A stretch of DNA of 64,000 bases from an uncultured delta proteobacterium. Its GTDB lineage: Bacteria > Desulfobacterota > RBG-13-43-22. A model generated the notes under the pieces. It was not told the DNA's origin. It worked only from the letters and a program-made list of their open reading frames with translations, and did not search any database. Positions 47,940 through 59,661 of this stretch are shown one piece after another (position 1 is the first letter of the stretch; each line of letters begins with the position of its first letter). The stretch is taken from contig CAWBOS010000012.1 in the NCBI GenBank assembly GCA_963790475.1, forward strand, positions 320,001 to 384,000, given 5' to 3'. A program made the position numbers and the translations under genes.

Positions 47940-50676
47940 ACGAGTTCCAGTATGTGCACAGGCTTTTATAGGCACAATAGGTGCAGGCCCCTTGATTCTT
48001 TCCTCTGGGTTCCGGCCTGGGGTCGGGCGGAAATTCACCCCCCTTTAATTTTTCCCCGATCCGGGCGATTTCTTTTTCCCAGTCCGGCAGACAAGCCTCC
48101 CAGGCCGAGGCCTCCGCCCATGGTTCCCTTATGGCAAATTCACCCTCTGATTTTAGGCCGATATATCCGGCCCGAAAACCTTCCGGGGATTTCTTTTGCA
48201 GTTCGGCCAGGGATCTCAATGCCAGGAGATACAAGGGTAACTGAGGGGCCAGGAAATTTTTGCTGATGTCGTGGGAAGCGGGGAGACTGCCGGTCTTGTA
48301 ATCCCAGCAGCAGACCTCGGCCAGGGTTTCGTTAAAGTCGATACGGTCAATGCGGCCTCGGACGGAAAACGACCAGGACGGAAAGAGGAGATCGTCAAAG
48401 GATATCTCCTCCTTTTCCCAGCGCCAGCCCTTTTCCCAGCGCTCCCTTTCAGTTTCCAGCCAGGTTCCCAAAAGCCCGCCCAGAGCTTCCTCTTCACCGA
48501 TAAGTCGCACCTTTTCCACGAGCCAGTGAGGATTGTTGGATTTATTGCTGATCACTTTATGAACACAGTGAGTGATTGTCTTTTCAACAGCCTTCTGATC
48601 GCCAAGCGGGATTTTCTGCGACCGCAAGGTGTTGGTTATCAAAGCCAGGATCTTGTGCAAGGCCTCTCCCCTTTCCAGAGGGGAAATCCCAATGGTTATT
48701 TCCTCCAGAGGGGCAATTCGCAGCAATTGCTCGGCGAAAAATTTAAAGGGGCAGGATAGAAGCGTTTCCACTGCGGTCACGGAAAGGGTTGAATCGAAAG
48801 AGGGTCCTTCCCCGACCCTCGGCCGAGAGGAAAAAGTTTCCAAGGCGGTTTCTGGTATCCGGGAAATTGCCGGGAATGGAGTGAGGGAATAGTCAAGGGG
48901 TGGATGGGGCAGAGGATAATTGTGCATCCCCTGAAGGGTTTGTTTAAGCCATTCGGCCCGGGTCCAAACTTTTCCAGGGACCGTCCAATAATTTCGCACA
49001 CCCTTTTCTGCCTGGGCCGGCCAAAAAGGGGATGGAGGAACAGGATCTCCCTTTTCTTCTTCCGGCCGGGTCAGGGTAATCTTTGGGGAAACGGTTTTGA
49101 GATGAGAAAAAGCACTCCGGGCAAAATCAAACTGGCTTTTCAAAGTCGCCCCTTGAACCAGCCGGCGTTCTTCCGGGCTTAAGAAAGGAAAGGTTCGAAC
49201 CGGCTGAGGCAGACTGCCTTTGGATAGACCGGCCAGAAAGAGGCGATCAAAGGCCAGTCCCCTGGCCTCGATCAGACCCAGGACCTGTATCCCGGATTGT
49301 TCATAACCGGGTTCATTAACCAGGGTTTGACTGAGCAGATATTTTAACCAGACGAAAAAATGAGGACCATCCAGCGTTCCGGCCTTTAAATCGCGGGTCA
49401 AATTCTTCAGAGTCTGCGCCAGGTGTTTGTAAATTCCTTCTTCGCCCGGCAAGGCTATGGCCGGAAAACCGAGGAGCCGCCAGCAATGTGACAAAGATTC
49501 CACCCATTGGGCCACGCTTTGGCGTGGTTGATTCAATGTTTTTAACAGAGACTCCAGGGTTTCTTCCGAAGGGTTTAAATAGGATAAACCAGAAAAGTTG
49601 TGATGAATAAGGCCTTGAAGAAGGGCGTCCAGTCCAGAATCTACAGAATAATTCCGCCAGAGCAAGTCCGCCTGAGCCAGTTGATGGTGATGCGCTCCCC
49701 ATATTCGATAATAAGGGGACAGGAGCAAAGATAGGAGCAAGGTCCGTGATTCCCCTTCCAGGAAAAAGCGCAAGGGCAAGAGCCCGGCCTGGGTCAAGGG
49801 GTGGTCCCACAAGGACTGACCCAGGGAAATGTTGTAATTTCCTGCTTCCTCGTTAATCGAAGGGCCGATGAGTTCCCGGAAAGCGGAATTGATTAAAGGC
49901 GCATATTGGGACAGGTTAGGTACTACAATCCCGATTCGATGCAAAGGAGACTGTTGGGCGGCCAATAAAAGCTGCTCTCCCAGCCAGACTACTTCTTCTT
50001 CCAGATTAGGCAGACTGACGGCGGAAAGGACCGGTTCTTGTTTCGTCTTGGTTAAACAGGAAACCGCCCCCAAGTGGTTTTTTAAAACCCTCAGCAGGTC
50101 CGATTCGATAGGGGCCGGGAATTCAAACCCCATGAGTAAAATTTTTTCCGGTAGAATTCGAGCCCCAATGATCTTTTCGTCAAGCATTTTTATCGGGAGC
50201 AACGAGGGGTGGACGAACCCTTGTTCGAAAAGCCCTTCTTCAAATCGCCGGAAGACCTTTTCCCGCCAGACCAGGAGAGGGGTTGCGTACCCGTTTCCCA
50301 GGGGAGGTACCTTATCTCTAATCCTTACCCGATAGTTTTCATCCAGGATTTGATAAAGCTGGATATCCGCTGAAAGTCCATCGGGCAGATCGAGACCTTG
50401 AACGGCTTGTTCCCAAATTTGGAGAGTCTTTATGGCAGAGGCCAGGGTTTCTTCCGGCCAGGAATCTCGCCAGGTTTCCTGGAGCCAAGCGTTCAAGCTC
50501 AGGACCTTAGGGAGCAACCAACCGGAATAACCTTTTTTCATCCGGGCCAGGCGGAAGGCATGACGCAACTGCCTGGCCAGCCGCCCGCCGGAGGTCAGGA
50601 TCAATGTCCTTTCATCGGCCTGGTCAACAACCCTGGCCTGCATGGCTGCGGTGGTGGGGGTTATCCAATCAGGCAT
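47929..50676 (-). CDS. AddB-like DNA repair protein with C-terminal PD-(D/E)XK nuclease and Fe-S cysteines
   Basis: LSVTAVE..LSCPFKFF, RGRIDRID, DYKTG, QLPLY, CTYCAYKSLC; directly upstream of the AddA-like gene. Confidence 0.85.
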   Translation of the reverse strand: MPDWITPTTAAMQARVVDQADERTLILTSGGRLARQLRHAFRLARMKKGYSGWLLPKVLSLNAWLQETWRDSWPEETLASAIKTLQIWEQAVQGLDLPDGLSADIQLYQILDENYRVRIRDKVPPLGNGYATPLLVWREKVFRRFEEGLFEQGFVHPSLLPIKMLDEKIIGARILPEKILLMGFEFPAPIESDLLRVLKNHLGAVSCLTKTKQEPVLSAVSLPNLEEEVVWLGEQLLLAAQQSPLHRIGIVVPNLSQYAPLINSAFRELIGPSINEEAGNYNISLGQSLWDHPLTQAGLLPLRFFLEGESRTLLLSLLLSPYYRIWGAHHHQLAQADLLWRNYSVDSGLDALLQGLIHHNFSGLSYLNPSEETLESLLKTLNQPRQSVAQWVESLSHCWRLLGFPAIALPGEEGIYKHLAQTLKNLTRDLKAGTLDGPHFFVWLKYLLSQTLVNEPGYEQSGIQVLGLIEARGLAFDRLFLAGLSKGSLPQPVRTFPFLSPEERRLVQGATLKSQFDFARSAFSHLKTVSPKITLTRPEEEKGDPVPPSPFWPAQAEKGVRNYWTVPGKVWTRAEWLKQTLQGMHNYPLPHPPLDYSLTPFPAISRIPETALETFSSRPRVGEGPSFDSTLSVTAVETLLSCPFKFFAEQLLRIAPLEEITIGISPLERGEALHKILALITNTLRSQKIPLGDQKAVEKTITHCVHKVISNKSNNPHWLVEKVRLIGEEEALGGLLGTWLETERERWEKGWRWEKEEISFDDLLFPSWSFSVRGRIDRIDFNETLAEVCCWDYKTGSLPASHDISKNFLAPQLPLYLLALRSLAELQKKSPEGFRAGYIGLKSEGEFAIREPWAEASAWEACLPDWEKEIARIGEKLKGGEFPPDPRPEPRGKNQGACTYCAYKSLCTYWNSSQS

Positions 50677-50796
50677 GGTTTTTGGATCGTGATTTTCATA
50701 AAATACGCGGGCAGTTCGGAAGACCTAAAGACAAATCATAAATTTTTCTTAAGGCTCAATGGCCGCCATTTTTATGGATAGGAAGAAACCTGGCGG

Positions 50797-51435
50797 TCAA
50801 TAAGATTTCAATTGGTCCGTCAAATCCTTTTCAATTTTTCTTTCTTCCAGGGTAGACCGTTCCAGTTCGATTTTTACTACCTTTTCCAGGACCAAGGGTT
50901 CATAATAAAACACGCCTCTTTCCGTCGAAAAAATATATAATTGATCTGATTTATACTCAAAGGAAGGAACACTTGGGGGCGTGCTGAAGTTCCGAATTAT
51001 CTTTCCCTGGGGGTATTGTTTTTTCAAGTTCCCGATCACCGTTTCCGGAAATATCTCCGGATGATCCTTAAAGAAAATCGCCCTCCCGAAAATTTTTCCT
51101 TCAAAAGCGTATCCGTAAAGCCGTCCTGGCGTTGAGGGATCAGTCGAACTGAGCAGGGCCACCAGCTTTCCCTTTCTAGCCTTTAAGGACTTGACCGGTG
51201 AATATTGGAGTACAATTTCTGATCGATACTTGTCTTCACTGATCTGCCCGGTTTGATTTTTTTCTTTGAAGGTCCGGTTTAATTCTTCCAGATTCAGTCC
51301 CCAGGGAAGGAGGGTCCAGTGATTTCCCTGGCTAAAACCGGTTTCACATAAAAAAAGAAATAAACCCATAGTAACGATCACGCGGATTCTTTTGATGCCG
51401 ATCTTTCGATCCTTACCCTCGTTTTCTCTCTTCAT
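50797..51435 (-). CDS. Hypothetical exported protein
   Basis: 212-aa ORF with a basic then hydrophobic N-terminal signal-like segment. Confidence 0.6.
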   Translation of the reverse strand: MKRENEGKDRKIGIKRIRVIVTMGLFLFLCETGFSQGNHWTLLPWGLNLEELNRTFKEKNQTGQISEDKYRSEIVLQYSPVKSLKARKGKLVALLSSTDPSTPGRLYGYAFEGKIFGRAIFFKDHPEIFPETVIGNLKKQYPQGKIIRNFSTPPSVPSFEYKSDQLYIFSTERGVFYYEPLVLEKVVKIELERSTLEERKIEKDLTDQLKSY

Positions 51436-51693
51436 GACTTACCTCAGGCTGTACTTGATTATTCTGCCCTGGTAGGAGCAGGGCCTGCTTTCTGACCTCT
51501 TTAACCATAAACATACTGCATTCTTTTTGTCCATGCAACAGGCAAGTTGACCAGTGGCCCAAGCAGTCCATCGGAAATGTGTGAAAGACGGTGAGTCTGT
51601 CTTCTCGAGCATGGGTTGAAAATTAGATTGGACTTGAGAAAAAACAATTTTTCGATTATAATATCATTTTACCATTTTTAGAGTGAAGCCAAA

Positions 51694-52701
51694 ATGAAAA
51701 GACCCCTTATTGCAGTTACCATGGGAGATCCGGCGGGGATAGGACCGGAGATTATTCTCAAGGCCCTGGATGACCCTCGGATCAAGAAAGCCAGCCGTCT
51801 ATTGATCTTCGGGGACCGGCAGGTTCTGGAATCAACCGCCCGGAGATTGGGTAAATCCTTTTCAATTAATTCGATCCCCCGATTAGACCGGACAGAAGGC
51901 TATCAAGAAACCGTCGCTTTGTATGAGGCTTCCAGTTTGCCTGTAGATCAGGTACTCCCCGGCCGGCCTGATCCCCAATGGGGGGCACCGGCCTTGGAAT
52001 ATATCCGTCTGGCGGCCAGATTGGCTTTAAAAGGCGAAGTGGCGGCCATGGTCACCTGTCCCATCAGCAAGGAAATAATCCGCTACGAAAGACCTTCCTT
52101 TACCGGTCATACCGAATTTCTGGCCTGCCAATCCAAAACCCGGTCCTTTGGCATGATGCTGGCCGGGCAGCGGCTAAAGGTCAGCCTGGTGACGATTCAC
52201 CTTTCCCTTAAAAAGGCCCTTCGGGTATTGGATAGGGAAAAAATTCTCAGGACCATCGAATTGACTCATCAAACGTTAATCAACTGGTATGGTGTGAAAG
52301 ATCCTCATATAGCCGTCGCCGGTCTTAATCCCCATGCCGGGGAACAGGGGGCCTTCGGTTCGGAAGAAGAAAAGATTATCGTCCCGGCAGTCCAGGCTGC
52401 TCAAGGACAGGGAATTCATGTCTCCGGGCCGTACCCGCCGGATACCCTTTTCTATTGGGCCGCTCAAGGCCGTTACGATGCTGTTGTGGCCTTATATCAC
52501 GATCAGGGGCTCATCCCTTTAAAGCTTCTCCATTTTGATAATGCCGTTAATATCACCATGGGACTGCCTTTTATCCGCACCTCGGTGGATCACGGCACGG
52601 CCTTTGATATCGCCGGTAAAGGCATCGCCAATCCGGACAGTCTGACCCAGGCCATCCTTTTGGCTGTTTCTTTTGCCGGGAGGAAAAAGTCATGGCTTTA
52701 A
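51694..52701 (+). CDS. pdxA: 4-hydroxythreonine-4-phosphate dehydrogenase
   Basis: [46 protein letters not shown]. Confidence 0.95.
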   Translation: MKRPLIAVTMGDPAGIGPEIILKALDDPRIKKASRLLIFGDRQVLESTARRLGKSFSINSIPRLDRTEGYQETVALYEASSLPVDQVLPGRPDPQWGAPALEYIRLAARLALKGEVAAMVTCPISKEIIRYERPSFTGHTEFLACQSKTRSFGMMLAGQRLKVSLVTIHLSLKKALRVLDREKILRTIELTHQTLINWYGVKDPHIAVAGLNPHAGEQGAFGSEEEKIIVPAVQAAQGQGIHVSGPYPPDTLFYWAAQGRYDAVVALYHDQGLIPLKLLHFDNAVNITMGLPFIRTSVDHGTAFDIAGKGIANPDSLTQAILLAVSFAGRKKSWL

Positions 52702-55529
52702 ACCAAATCCTGGTCAAGGGGGCCAGACAACATAACCTTAAAAATATTGATGTGACCTTCCCCCGGGATAAATTGGTGGTAATCACGGGCCTTTCCGGGT
52801 CCGGGAAATCCACCTTGGCCTTCGATACCATTTATGCCGAAGGCCAGCGGCGTTATGTGGAATCTCTTTCGGCCTATGCCCGTCAGTTCTTAGAACAGAT
52901 GGACAAGCCGGATGTGGATTTTATTGAGGGGCTTTCCCCGGCCATCGCCATAGAGCAGAAAACGACCAGTAAGAATCCGCGTTCTACCGTGGGTACGGTG
53001 ACCGAAATTTATGATTTTCTCCGGGTCCTCTTTGCCCGGATAGGAGAACCGTATTGCTGGCAGTGCGGTCAAAAGATCTCCTCCCAATCGGTCCAGGAAA
53101 TCGTCGACCAGTTGTTGGCTTTTCCGCCCGGCACCCGCATTCAACTCCTGTCTCCATTGGTCACCGGCCGCAAAGGGGAGCATCAAAAACTGCTGGAGCA
53201 GTTGAAAAGGGAAGGGTTCGTACGGGTCCGGGTCAATGGCGAGTTCAGGGAACTGGAAGAAGACATTGTCCTGGACAAAAAAAAGAAACACACCATTGAG
53301 GTCGTAGTGGACCGCCTGGTGGTCAAGGAGGGATTGCAGCGCCGGCTGACCGATTCGGTGGAACTGGCCCTGAAACTCTCCCAGGGATTCCTGCGGGTCA
53401 TTTTACCCGGTGGAGAAGAGAGCCTCTTCAGCGAACGTTTTTCCTGCGACCGATGTGATATCAGTCTGCCGGAGTTGACCCCGCAACTCTTTTCTTTCAA
53501 TAACCCTCAAGGGGCCTGCCCGACCTGCGACGGTTTGGGGACCAAAATGTACTTCGATCCCGACCTGATTGTGCCCAATCCCAATCTGAATCTTCGCGAA
53601 GGGGCAATAGTCCCCTGGGAGAATCGGGCCTCGGTCTATTTCCAGCAGATGCTTGAATCCTTATTCAGCCATTACCATTTTGATCTCTACACCCCTTTTA
53701 AAGACCTGCCGGCCAAGGTCAGGGAGGTCCTGCTGCATGGTTCCGGGAATGAAGCCATCCGTTTTTATTTTGAAAGAGACGGGCGAAGACATTTTTACGA
53801 ACGGCCTTTCGAAGGGGTTATCCCCAATCTGGACCGGCGTTACCGGGAAACAGACTCCACCATGATCCGGGAGGAGTTGGAGCGATTCATGAACGTTCGC
53901 CCCTGTCCCACCTGTAAGGGGACCCGGTTAAGAAAGGAAAGCCTGGCCGTCAAGATTCAGGGACTTTCCATCCATCAGGTCACGGCCTTTTCGGTGAAAG
54001 AAGCCGGCGTTTGGTTTAACAACCTGCAGTTTAATGCCAGGGAAACTCAGATCGCCCGTCGAATATTGAAAGAGATCAATGACCGCCTCGAATTTCTAGC
54101 CAATGTAGGACTGGATTACCTGACCATCAATCGAACCTCGGCCACCCTGTCCGGAGGAGAAGGACAGCGTATCCGGCTGGCCACCCAGATCGGCTCTCAT
54201 TTGATGGGGGTCCTTTACGTCCTGGATGAACCCAGTATCGGACTCCACCCTAGGGACAATCTCCGGCTCCTGCAGACCTTGAAAACCCTGCGGGATATCG
54301 GGAATACGGTCCTAGTCGTCGAACATGATGCCAATACCATTCTTTCCTCCGATTATGTTATCGATATGGGCCCGGGGGCGGGAGAACATGGAGGGCAGGT
54401 GATCTTCAGCGGTACTCCAGAGGACTTGCTCAAAGACCCCGGGTCCCTGACCGGACAATATCTGTCCGGACGACGAACTATTCCGGTTCCTTCCCGCCGC
54501 CGCCCCCAGAAGAAAGGGCATATCCAGATCAAAGGGGCCTCGGAAAATAATCTTAAGCAAATTGATGTCTCCATACCCCTGGGGGTCTTTACCTGCGTGA
54601 CCGGTGTGTCCGGTTCGGGGAAAAGCACTTTAATTATCGACACCCTCTATCAGACTTTGGCCCAGCGGCTTTATCGTTCCAAACACCGGGCCGGCCGGGT
54701 CCAGGAAATGAAAGGGGTCCGGCTGATCGACAAGGTCATCAATATCGATCAATCGCCGATCGGCCGGACGCCCAGATCCAATCCGGCCACCTACACCGGG
54801 CTTTTTACCACCATTCGGGATCTTTTTGCCAGGACGCCGGAGGCCCGTTCCCGAGGCTATAAACCCGGTCGATTCAGTTTTAATGTCCGCGGCGGCCGTT
54901 GCCCGGCCTGTAACGGAGACGGCCTGATGAAGATTGAAATGCATTTCCTCCCGGATGTCTATGTGACCTGTGAGGTCTGTCAGGGAAGCCGGTATAACCG
55001 GGACACCCTGGAGGTCCTTTATAAAGGGATGAACATCGCCCAGGTCCTGGACCTGACGGTTGATCAAGCCCTGGTGGTTTTCGAGGCCATACCGACCATT
55101 CGGGAAAAGTTGGAAACCTTAAGTCAGGTGGGCCTGGGATACATCCGGGTGGGACAACCGGCCACCACCCTTTCCGGGGGAGAGGCCCAAAGGATCAAAC
55201 TATCTCGGGAATTGAGCAAGCGATCCACTGGGAAGACGCTCTATATTCTTGACGAACCAACCACCGGCCTGCATTTTTCAGACATACAAAAATTATTGGA
55301 AGTCCTCGAAAGTCTAGTAGATATGGGCAATACCGTAGTCGTTATAGAGCACAATCTGGATGTCATCAAGACCGCCGATCATATCATTGACCTGGGGCCG
55401 GAGGGGGGAGATGGAGGGGGACAACTCATCGGGTGTGGAATCCCTGAGGCCATGGCGGAAAATCCCAAATCCTATACCGGTCGATTTCTAAAGCAGGTGC
55501 TTGGAAATCCAGGGGTTTCTGTCGGTTAA
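52692..55529 (+). CDS. uvrA: Excinuclease ABC subunit A
   Basis: [56 protein letters not shown], zinc-finger cysteines. Confidence 0.98.
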   Translation: MALNQILVKGARQHNLKNIDVTFPRDKLVVITGLSGSGKSTLAFDTIYAEGQRRYVESLSAYARQFLEQMDKPDVDFIEGLSPAIAIEQKTTSKNPRSTVGTVTEIYDFLRVLFARIGEPYCWQCGQKISSQSVQEIVDQLLAFPPGTRIQLLSPLVTGRKGEHQKLLEQLKREGFVRVRVNGEFRELEEDIVLDKKKKHTIEVVVDRLVVKEGLQRRLTDSVELALKLSQGFLRVILPGGEESLFSERFSCDRCDISLPELTPQLFSFNNPQGACPTCDGLGTKMYFDPDLIVPNPNLNLREGAIVPWENRASVYFQQMLESLFSHYHFDLYTPFKDLPAKVREVLLHGSGNEAIRFYFERDGRRHFYERPFEGVIPNLDRRYRETDSTMIREELERFMNVRPCPTCKGTRLRKESLAVKIQGLSIHQVTAFSVKEAGVWFNNLQFNARETQIARRILKEINDRLEFLANVGLDYLTINRTSATLSGGEGQRIRLATQIGSHLMGVLYVLDEPSIGLHPRDNLRLLQTLKTLRDIGNTVLVVEHDANTILSSDYVIDMGPGAGEHGGQVIFSGTPEDLLKDPGSLTGQYLSGRRTIPVPSRRRPQKKGHIQIKGASENNLKQIDVSIPLGVFTCVTGVSGSGKSTLIIDTLYQTLAQRLYRSKHRAGRVQEMKGVRLIDKVINIDQSPIGRTPRSNPATYTGLFTTIRDLFARTPEARSRGYKPGRFSFNVRGGRCPACNGDGLMKIEMHFLPDVYVTCEVCQGSRYNRDTLEVLYKGMNIAQVLDLTVDQALVVFEAIPTIREKLETLSQVGLGYIRVGQPATTLSGGEAQRIKLSRELSKRSTGKTLYILDEPTTGLHFSDIQKLLEVLESLVDMGNTVVVIEHNLDVIKTADHIIDLGPEGGDGGGQLIGCGIPEAMAENPKSYTGRFLKQVLGNPGVSVG

Positions 55530-56177
55530 AGGCTTTGAGGATTCCGGGGTCAGATTGGCCAACCGATAAGCCAGCCTGTCTAATTTTACCGTAAAGTCGA
55601 TATGATGAACAATAATTCCTTCCGGGACATGCAATTGAACCGGGGCAAAATTCAAGATCCCCCGTATTGGGGTCCTGGTCACCATATCAGCTACCTCCTG
55701 GGCTTTGCCGGCCGGGGTGGTGATCACGGCGATCTCGATATCCCGTTCTAAGGCAATTTTTTCCAGATCCGACATGGGAGAGATGGAAAATCTCTGAGAT
55801 AACATCCGGCCGATTTTCTGAGGATCATTATCAAAAGCTGCCACGAAGTGATAGCCCTGCCGAGGGAAATTACTGTGGTCGATCAAAGCATAGCCCATAT
55901 TCCCCATGCCGATAATCCCCATATGCCAGGTTTTGTTCAGGCCCAGGATCTTTTTGATTTCAAAAAGGAGTTCCTTAATCACATAACCGACACCCCGGAC
56001 CCCAAATTCACCGAAGTAAGCAAGATCTTTTCGGATTTGGGCCGAGTTGACTTCACAGTACTGGGCCAGTTTTTCAGAAGATATCACGCTGAGACCCTGC
56101 TCGTCCAATTCTTCAAGGGCACGAGAATAACGGGAAAGACGGGTTATGGTTGCAGTGGGTATTTTCGAGAATTTCAC
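55488..56177 (-). CDS. rex: Redox-sensing transcriptional repressor Rex
   Basis: [47 protein letters not shown]. Confidence 0.95.
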   Translation of the reverse strand: MKFSKIPTATITRLSRYSRALEELDEQGLSVISSEKLAQYCEVNSAQIRKDLAYFGEFGVRGVGYVIKELLFEIKKILGLNKTWHMGIIGMGNMGYALIDHSNFPRQGYHFVAAFDNDPQKIGRMLSQRFSISPMSDLEKIALERDIEIAVITTPAGKAQEVADMVTRTPIRGILNFAPVQLHVPEGIIVHHIDFTVKLDRLAYRLANLTPESSKPLTDRNPWISKHLL

Positions 56178-56196
56178 AACTGGTTCCTTAAGGTAA

Positions 56197-56214
56197 ATGT
56201 GAATTAAAACACAT
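56197..56214. promoter_or_regulatory. Putative Rex operator upstream of rex
   Basis: ATGTGAATTAAAACACAT, a 5-8-5 palindrome resembling TTGTGAAnnnnTTCACAA, 19 nt upstream of the start codon. Confidence 0.55.
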
Positions 56215-56222
56215 GACTGAGG

Positions 56223-56260
56223 AAAAAAAGGGGCCGTCAGCGATAAACCAACAGCCCCCT
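56223..56260 (-). terminator. Intrinsic terminator after atpE
   Basis: Minus strand GGGGCTGTT...GACGGCCCC followed by TTTTTTT. Confidence 0.7.
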
Positions 56261-56271
56261 ATTTTAATCAA

Positions 56272-56640
56272 TTACAAAGGTAAGCCGATCATCTTGGCAA
56301 TCGGCGTCGCCATAGGATAGGCATACAAAAGGATCAAAGCAACGACCAGGGCGTAGATACAAAGGGACTCGATCATGGCCAAACCGATAATCATGGTCGT
56401 CATGATCTTCCCGGAGGCTTCCGGGTTCCGTGCTACCCCTTCCACTGCGCTCTTTAATCCCAGACCTTGACCAATACCAGTTCCCAATGCGGCAATCGCG
56501 ATACCCAAGCCGGCGGCCAAAACCACGCCGAAATAAACGTTCAATCCGGCGGCGGCCACCTGGGGATTGGCTTCGGCAAAGGCCAAAGCCACCATGCTGA
56601 ACAAAGCGGCCATTGTCAATAGAGCTACTCTTTTTACCAT
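56272..56640 (-). CDS. atpE: F0F1 ATP synthase subunit c with N-terminal extension
   Basis: [27 protein letters not shown]; start MVKRVALL after GGAGG. Confidence 0.93.
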   Translation of the reverse strand: MVKRVALLTMAALFSMVALAFAEANPQVAAAGLNVYFGVVLAAGLGIAIAALGTGIGQGLGLKSAVEGVARNPEASGKIMTTMIIGLAMIESLCIYALVVALILLYAYPMATPIAKMIGLPL

Positions 56641-56692
56641 TAAATCATCCTCCTTTCTTATGAAGATTCGCCTTCTTCCAAAGATTTTAAAA

Positions 56693-56763
56693 AACAGGGT
56701 TCGAGGGTTCAAGGTGTATTGTTTTTGTTTTTCCCTCGAACCCTGGAACCCTCGAACCCTGTT
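56693..56763. repeat. 8-bp tandem repeats forming a hairpin between atpB and atpE
   Basis: aacagggttcgagggttcaagg ... ccctcgaaccctggaaccctcgaaccctgtt. Confidence 0.7.
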
Positions 56764-56770
56764 TTATTAC

Positions 56771-57460
56771 TTAATGTGCTTCCTCCATGGCGGTAGAAAT
56801 ATAGATCATGGACAGCAGGGCAAAGACAAAAGCCTGGATGAAACTGGTGAACAAGGCCAGAAACATCATCGGCAAAGGGGCCAGGAATTTTCCGGCCAGA
56901 AAAATGAGGATAATCACAACCAGATCCTCGCCCATGATGTTTCCGAACAAACGAAGCGTCAAAGAGAGCACCCGCGAAAGGTGGCTGATGATCTCAATGG
57001 GCAGCATCAACGGGGCCAACCACCAGACTGGTCCAAGATATTGTTTGATGTATTTGAACCCGTGCGTTTTAATGCCGATGATTTCGGTTGTAAAGAAAAC
57101 GATCAAGGCACAAGCCAGGGTCGTGTTGATGCTGGCCGTGGGTGAATAGAAACCCGGGATCAAGCCCAGGACATTGGAGAGAAAGATAAAAAGGCCCAAG
57201 GTAGCGATCAAAGGAAAGACCGACCGGCCATGCTCTCCCATAGTTTCCACTTGAAAGCTTTCAATGCCCGAGATGATCATTTCAAATAAATTCTGCCCTC
57301 CGGCCGGGATCATTTTTACCGACTTTGCGGCCAGAAGGGATAAAACGATCAGAATAAGCATGATCAGCCAGGTATTAGTGACTTGGGGATAGGCATGGGC
57401 GAAATGACCTAACCCAATGGATTCCAAAAGTTTGGTAATAAAAAAAATCGGGTGCTCCAT
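56771..57460 (-). CDS. atpB: F0F1 ATP synthase subunit a
   Basis: SPTASIN, PIEIISHLSRVLSLTLRLFGNIMG, IQAFVF. Confidence 0.95.
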   Translation of the reverse strand: MEHPIFFITKLLESIGLGHFAHAYPQVTNTWLIMLILIVLSLLAAKSVKMIPAGGQNLFEMIISGIESFQVETMGEHGRSVFPLIATLGLFIFLSNVLGLIPGFYSPTASINTTLACALIVFFTTEIIGIKTHGFKYIKQYLGPVWWLAPLMLPIEIISHLSRVLSLTLRLFGNIMGEDLVVIILIFLAGKFLAPLPMMFLALFTSFIQAFVFALLSMIYISTAMEEAH

Positions 57461-57463
57461 GAA

Positions 57464-57880
57464 TTAATTGGCCTCCTTAAAAAGGATTTTTCTCATTTCA
57501 TTACAACCCACAAGGGTCAGGTTGATGACGACTACCGACAAACCGACTATCAGTCCCAAAGGATCAACAAATCGTTTGGAAATCAGTATATACAAAATCA
57601 TGCCGGTACCCAGCAACCGCAAATAATATTTAATGATCACCGCCTTGGGGCTGGAGAGGCGATCGGGGATAAAGGCCTTTTTTAAAATCCGGTACAGTAG
57701 GTGAAAATTGATCAGAACGATCAGACCTCCCATAGTCACTCCAAAAGAAAATAGGGGGGACATCCAGATCAGGCTGCCCAGAAGCAACAGAGCGAAAACG
57801 ACCCCGTTCATCAACCGGATTTTGGTAAGAAATGGGTCTTCAATTGGCCTAATCCTCCACTTAGACACCCCCCCGGTCAT
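57464..57880 (-). CDS. atpI: ATP synthase protein I
   Basis: 4-TM protein between atpZ and atpB; KYYLR and GLIVGLS motifs. Confidence 0.8.
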   Translation of the reverse strand: MTGGVSKWRIRPIEDPFLTKIRLMNGVVFALLLLGSLIWMSPLFSFGVTMGGLIVLINFHLLYRILKKAFIPDRLSSPKAVIIKYYLRLLGTGMILYILISKRFVDPLGLIVGLSVVVINLTLVGCNEMRKILFKEAN

Positions 57881-58101
57881 TTCATGTCCTTTTCAGTCCT
57901 TTTCATAATTACATAGATATTTCTAAACCCGGCAATGATCCCTAAGACCATAAAAATAAGAAAAAACACCGGGCTGGTCTTAAACCATTTGTCCAGATAG
58001 TAACCGACGACAATGGCGATCACTAAGGCCAGGACCATGGATATCCCCATGGTGCTGGCCATACCGATTAACTTCATGTATTTTCTGGTATCTTCTTGCA
58101 C
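57877..58101 (-). CDS. AtpZ/AtpI-family small membrane protein
   Basis: GYYLDKWFKTSP...LGIIAGFRN; first gene of the F0 block. Confidence 0.8.
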   Translation of the reverse strand: MQEDTRKYMKLIGMASTMGISMVLALVIAIVVGYYLDKWFKTSPVFFLIFMVLGIIAGFRNIYVIMKRTEKDMK

Positions 58102-58361
58102 GAAGCCTCATCCCGCTTTAAAAATGATACGGCAGGCTTCCCAACCCATCTAATTTTTTGACAATCCCTGGGTCGTTTAAAATACCAAAATCCTCTAACA
58201 CGGGCAAGGTACAAAGTCAACTTTTTTTTGCCCAATGTTTAATCTGTCCGTCTCACCTTTTTCTGTTTGACTCTTGTTCCCTCATTTTATACTTTGATCT
58301 CTTAGAAGGGGACTCAATCGATACAATGACCAATTCATTCTTATAAAAAGGAGGACGAACG

Positions 58362-59648
58362 ATGATTAAAACAGTCGAACAATATCTGGAAAGCTTGAAC
58401 GACGGACGGCAGATCTGGTGTCTGGGAGAAAAGGTTTCCGATGTTCGAACCCATCCCACCCTCAGCAGTATCATTAAAACCGCCTGCATGGACTATGTCT
58501 TGCCCAATCATCCTGATTTTCGGGACTTGTTTGTGACCAAGAATGAAGAAGGAGAAGATATTAATTTCCTGCTGACCTCTCCCAGATCGCCTGAAGATCT
58601 ATTAAGAAGGAGGGAATGTTACATCAATGGGGTCCGATCAGGAGGTGGGGTGATGGTCCATTGCATGGGGGCCGATGCCCTGGCCGCCTTTACCGTGGCC
58701 GCCGAGGTCATGGATAAGGAAATCAAGACTAACTACATGGAGCGGGTGGAAAATTATCGGAAACTGCTGCAAAGGCAGGACTTGGCCATCACCGGGGCCA
58801 TCACCGACGTCAAAGGGGATAGGAGTCTCCATGCCTCAAAACAAAAACAACACCCGGACTATTATCTGAGAATCTTAGATAAACAAAAAGACGGGATCGT
58901 GGTCAGGGGGGCTAAGGTGCACATCAGCGCCACTCCCTGCGCCAATGAAGCCCTCTGTCTGCCCTGCCGGACCCACGGCGAGGAAGACAAGGACTATGCC
59001 CTGGCCTTTGCCATCCCCCTCAATGCCCCGGGCATCAAACTGCTGGCTGTAGAACCGGTGTCGAGAACCTACGGGGAGGAAGGGGAGTTTGATTATCCCA
59101 AGACCAGCGCCACGCAGCCGACGGAGTGCCTTATTGTATTCGATGATGTCTTTGTGCCCTGGGAACGGGTCTTCATGTGCGGCGAATGGCAGTACACACG
59201 CAACCTGGCCTATGCCTTTGCCAGTAATTTTCACCAGATGTGCCAATACCTGCAGGATATTGCCGGAGGACTTTCGGCCACGGTCCCGACCTTCCGGAAT
59301 TGGAACAATACTGAGATACGTCCTTATATTGAAAAATATCTCAGTGGAAAGGATGGTATTTCCACGGAAGACCGTCTTCGTGTCGTGCGTCTGGCCAAGG
59401 ATATGACCTGTAATTTTTATCAGATCGACACTATTCATGGGGAAGGGTCCATGGCCGCTCAAGAGATGTTCTTATATGGAAGTGCCGATTGGAATAAACT
59501 CAAATCAGCGGCCAAACGGGCCGCCCATGTGGACGGCTGGCAGGATAATCCTATCTACGGGAGACTGTTATCGGCCAAAGAACAGGTAAAAATGCCGGTA
59601 ATTAACGAATCGTATGAAAGTATACCCAAAACAGCCCGGAAAAAATAA
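58362..59648 (+). CDS. 4-hydroxyphenylacetate 3-hydroxylase / 4-hydroxybutyryl-CoA dehydratase family protein, possibly with an internal in-frame deletion
   Basis: YLESLNDGR, TDVKGDRS, GIVVRGAKVHIS, FDDVFVPWERVF, HGEGS; the segment after LAYAF looks short. Confidence 0.82.
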   Translation: MIKTVEQYLESLNDGRQIWCLGEKVSDVRTHPTLSSIIKTACMDYVLPNHPDFRDLFVTKNEEGEDINFLLTSPRSPEDLLRRRECYINGVRSGGGVMVHCMGADALAAFTVAAEVMDKEIKTNYMERVENYRKLLQRQDLAITGAITDVKGDRSLHASKQKQHPDYYLRILDKQKDGIVVRGAKVHISATPCANEALCLPCRTHGEEDKDYALAFAIPLNAPGIKLLAVEPVSRTYGEEGEFDYPKTSATQPTECLIVFDDVFVPWERVFMCGEWQYTRNLAYAFASNFHQMCQYLQDIAGGLSATVPTFRNWNNTEIRPYIEKYLSGKDGISTEDRLRVVRLAKDMTCNFYQIDTIHGEGSMAAQEMFLYGSADWNKLKSAAKRAAHVDGWQDNPIYGRLLSAKEQVKMPVINESYESIPKTARKK

Positions 59649-59661
59649 GGGGAGTTTCTCC

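Noticed and set aside
51438-51612. Small 57-codon minus-strand ORF upstream of the exported protein
   Set aside because: No RBS or recognisable motif; cannot be distinguished from chance
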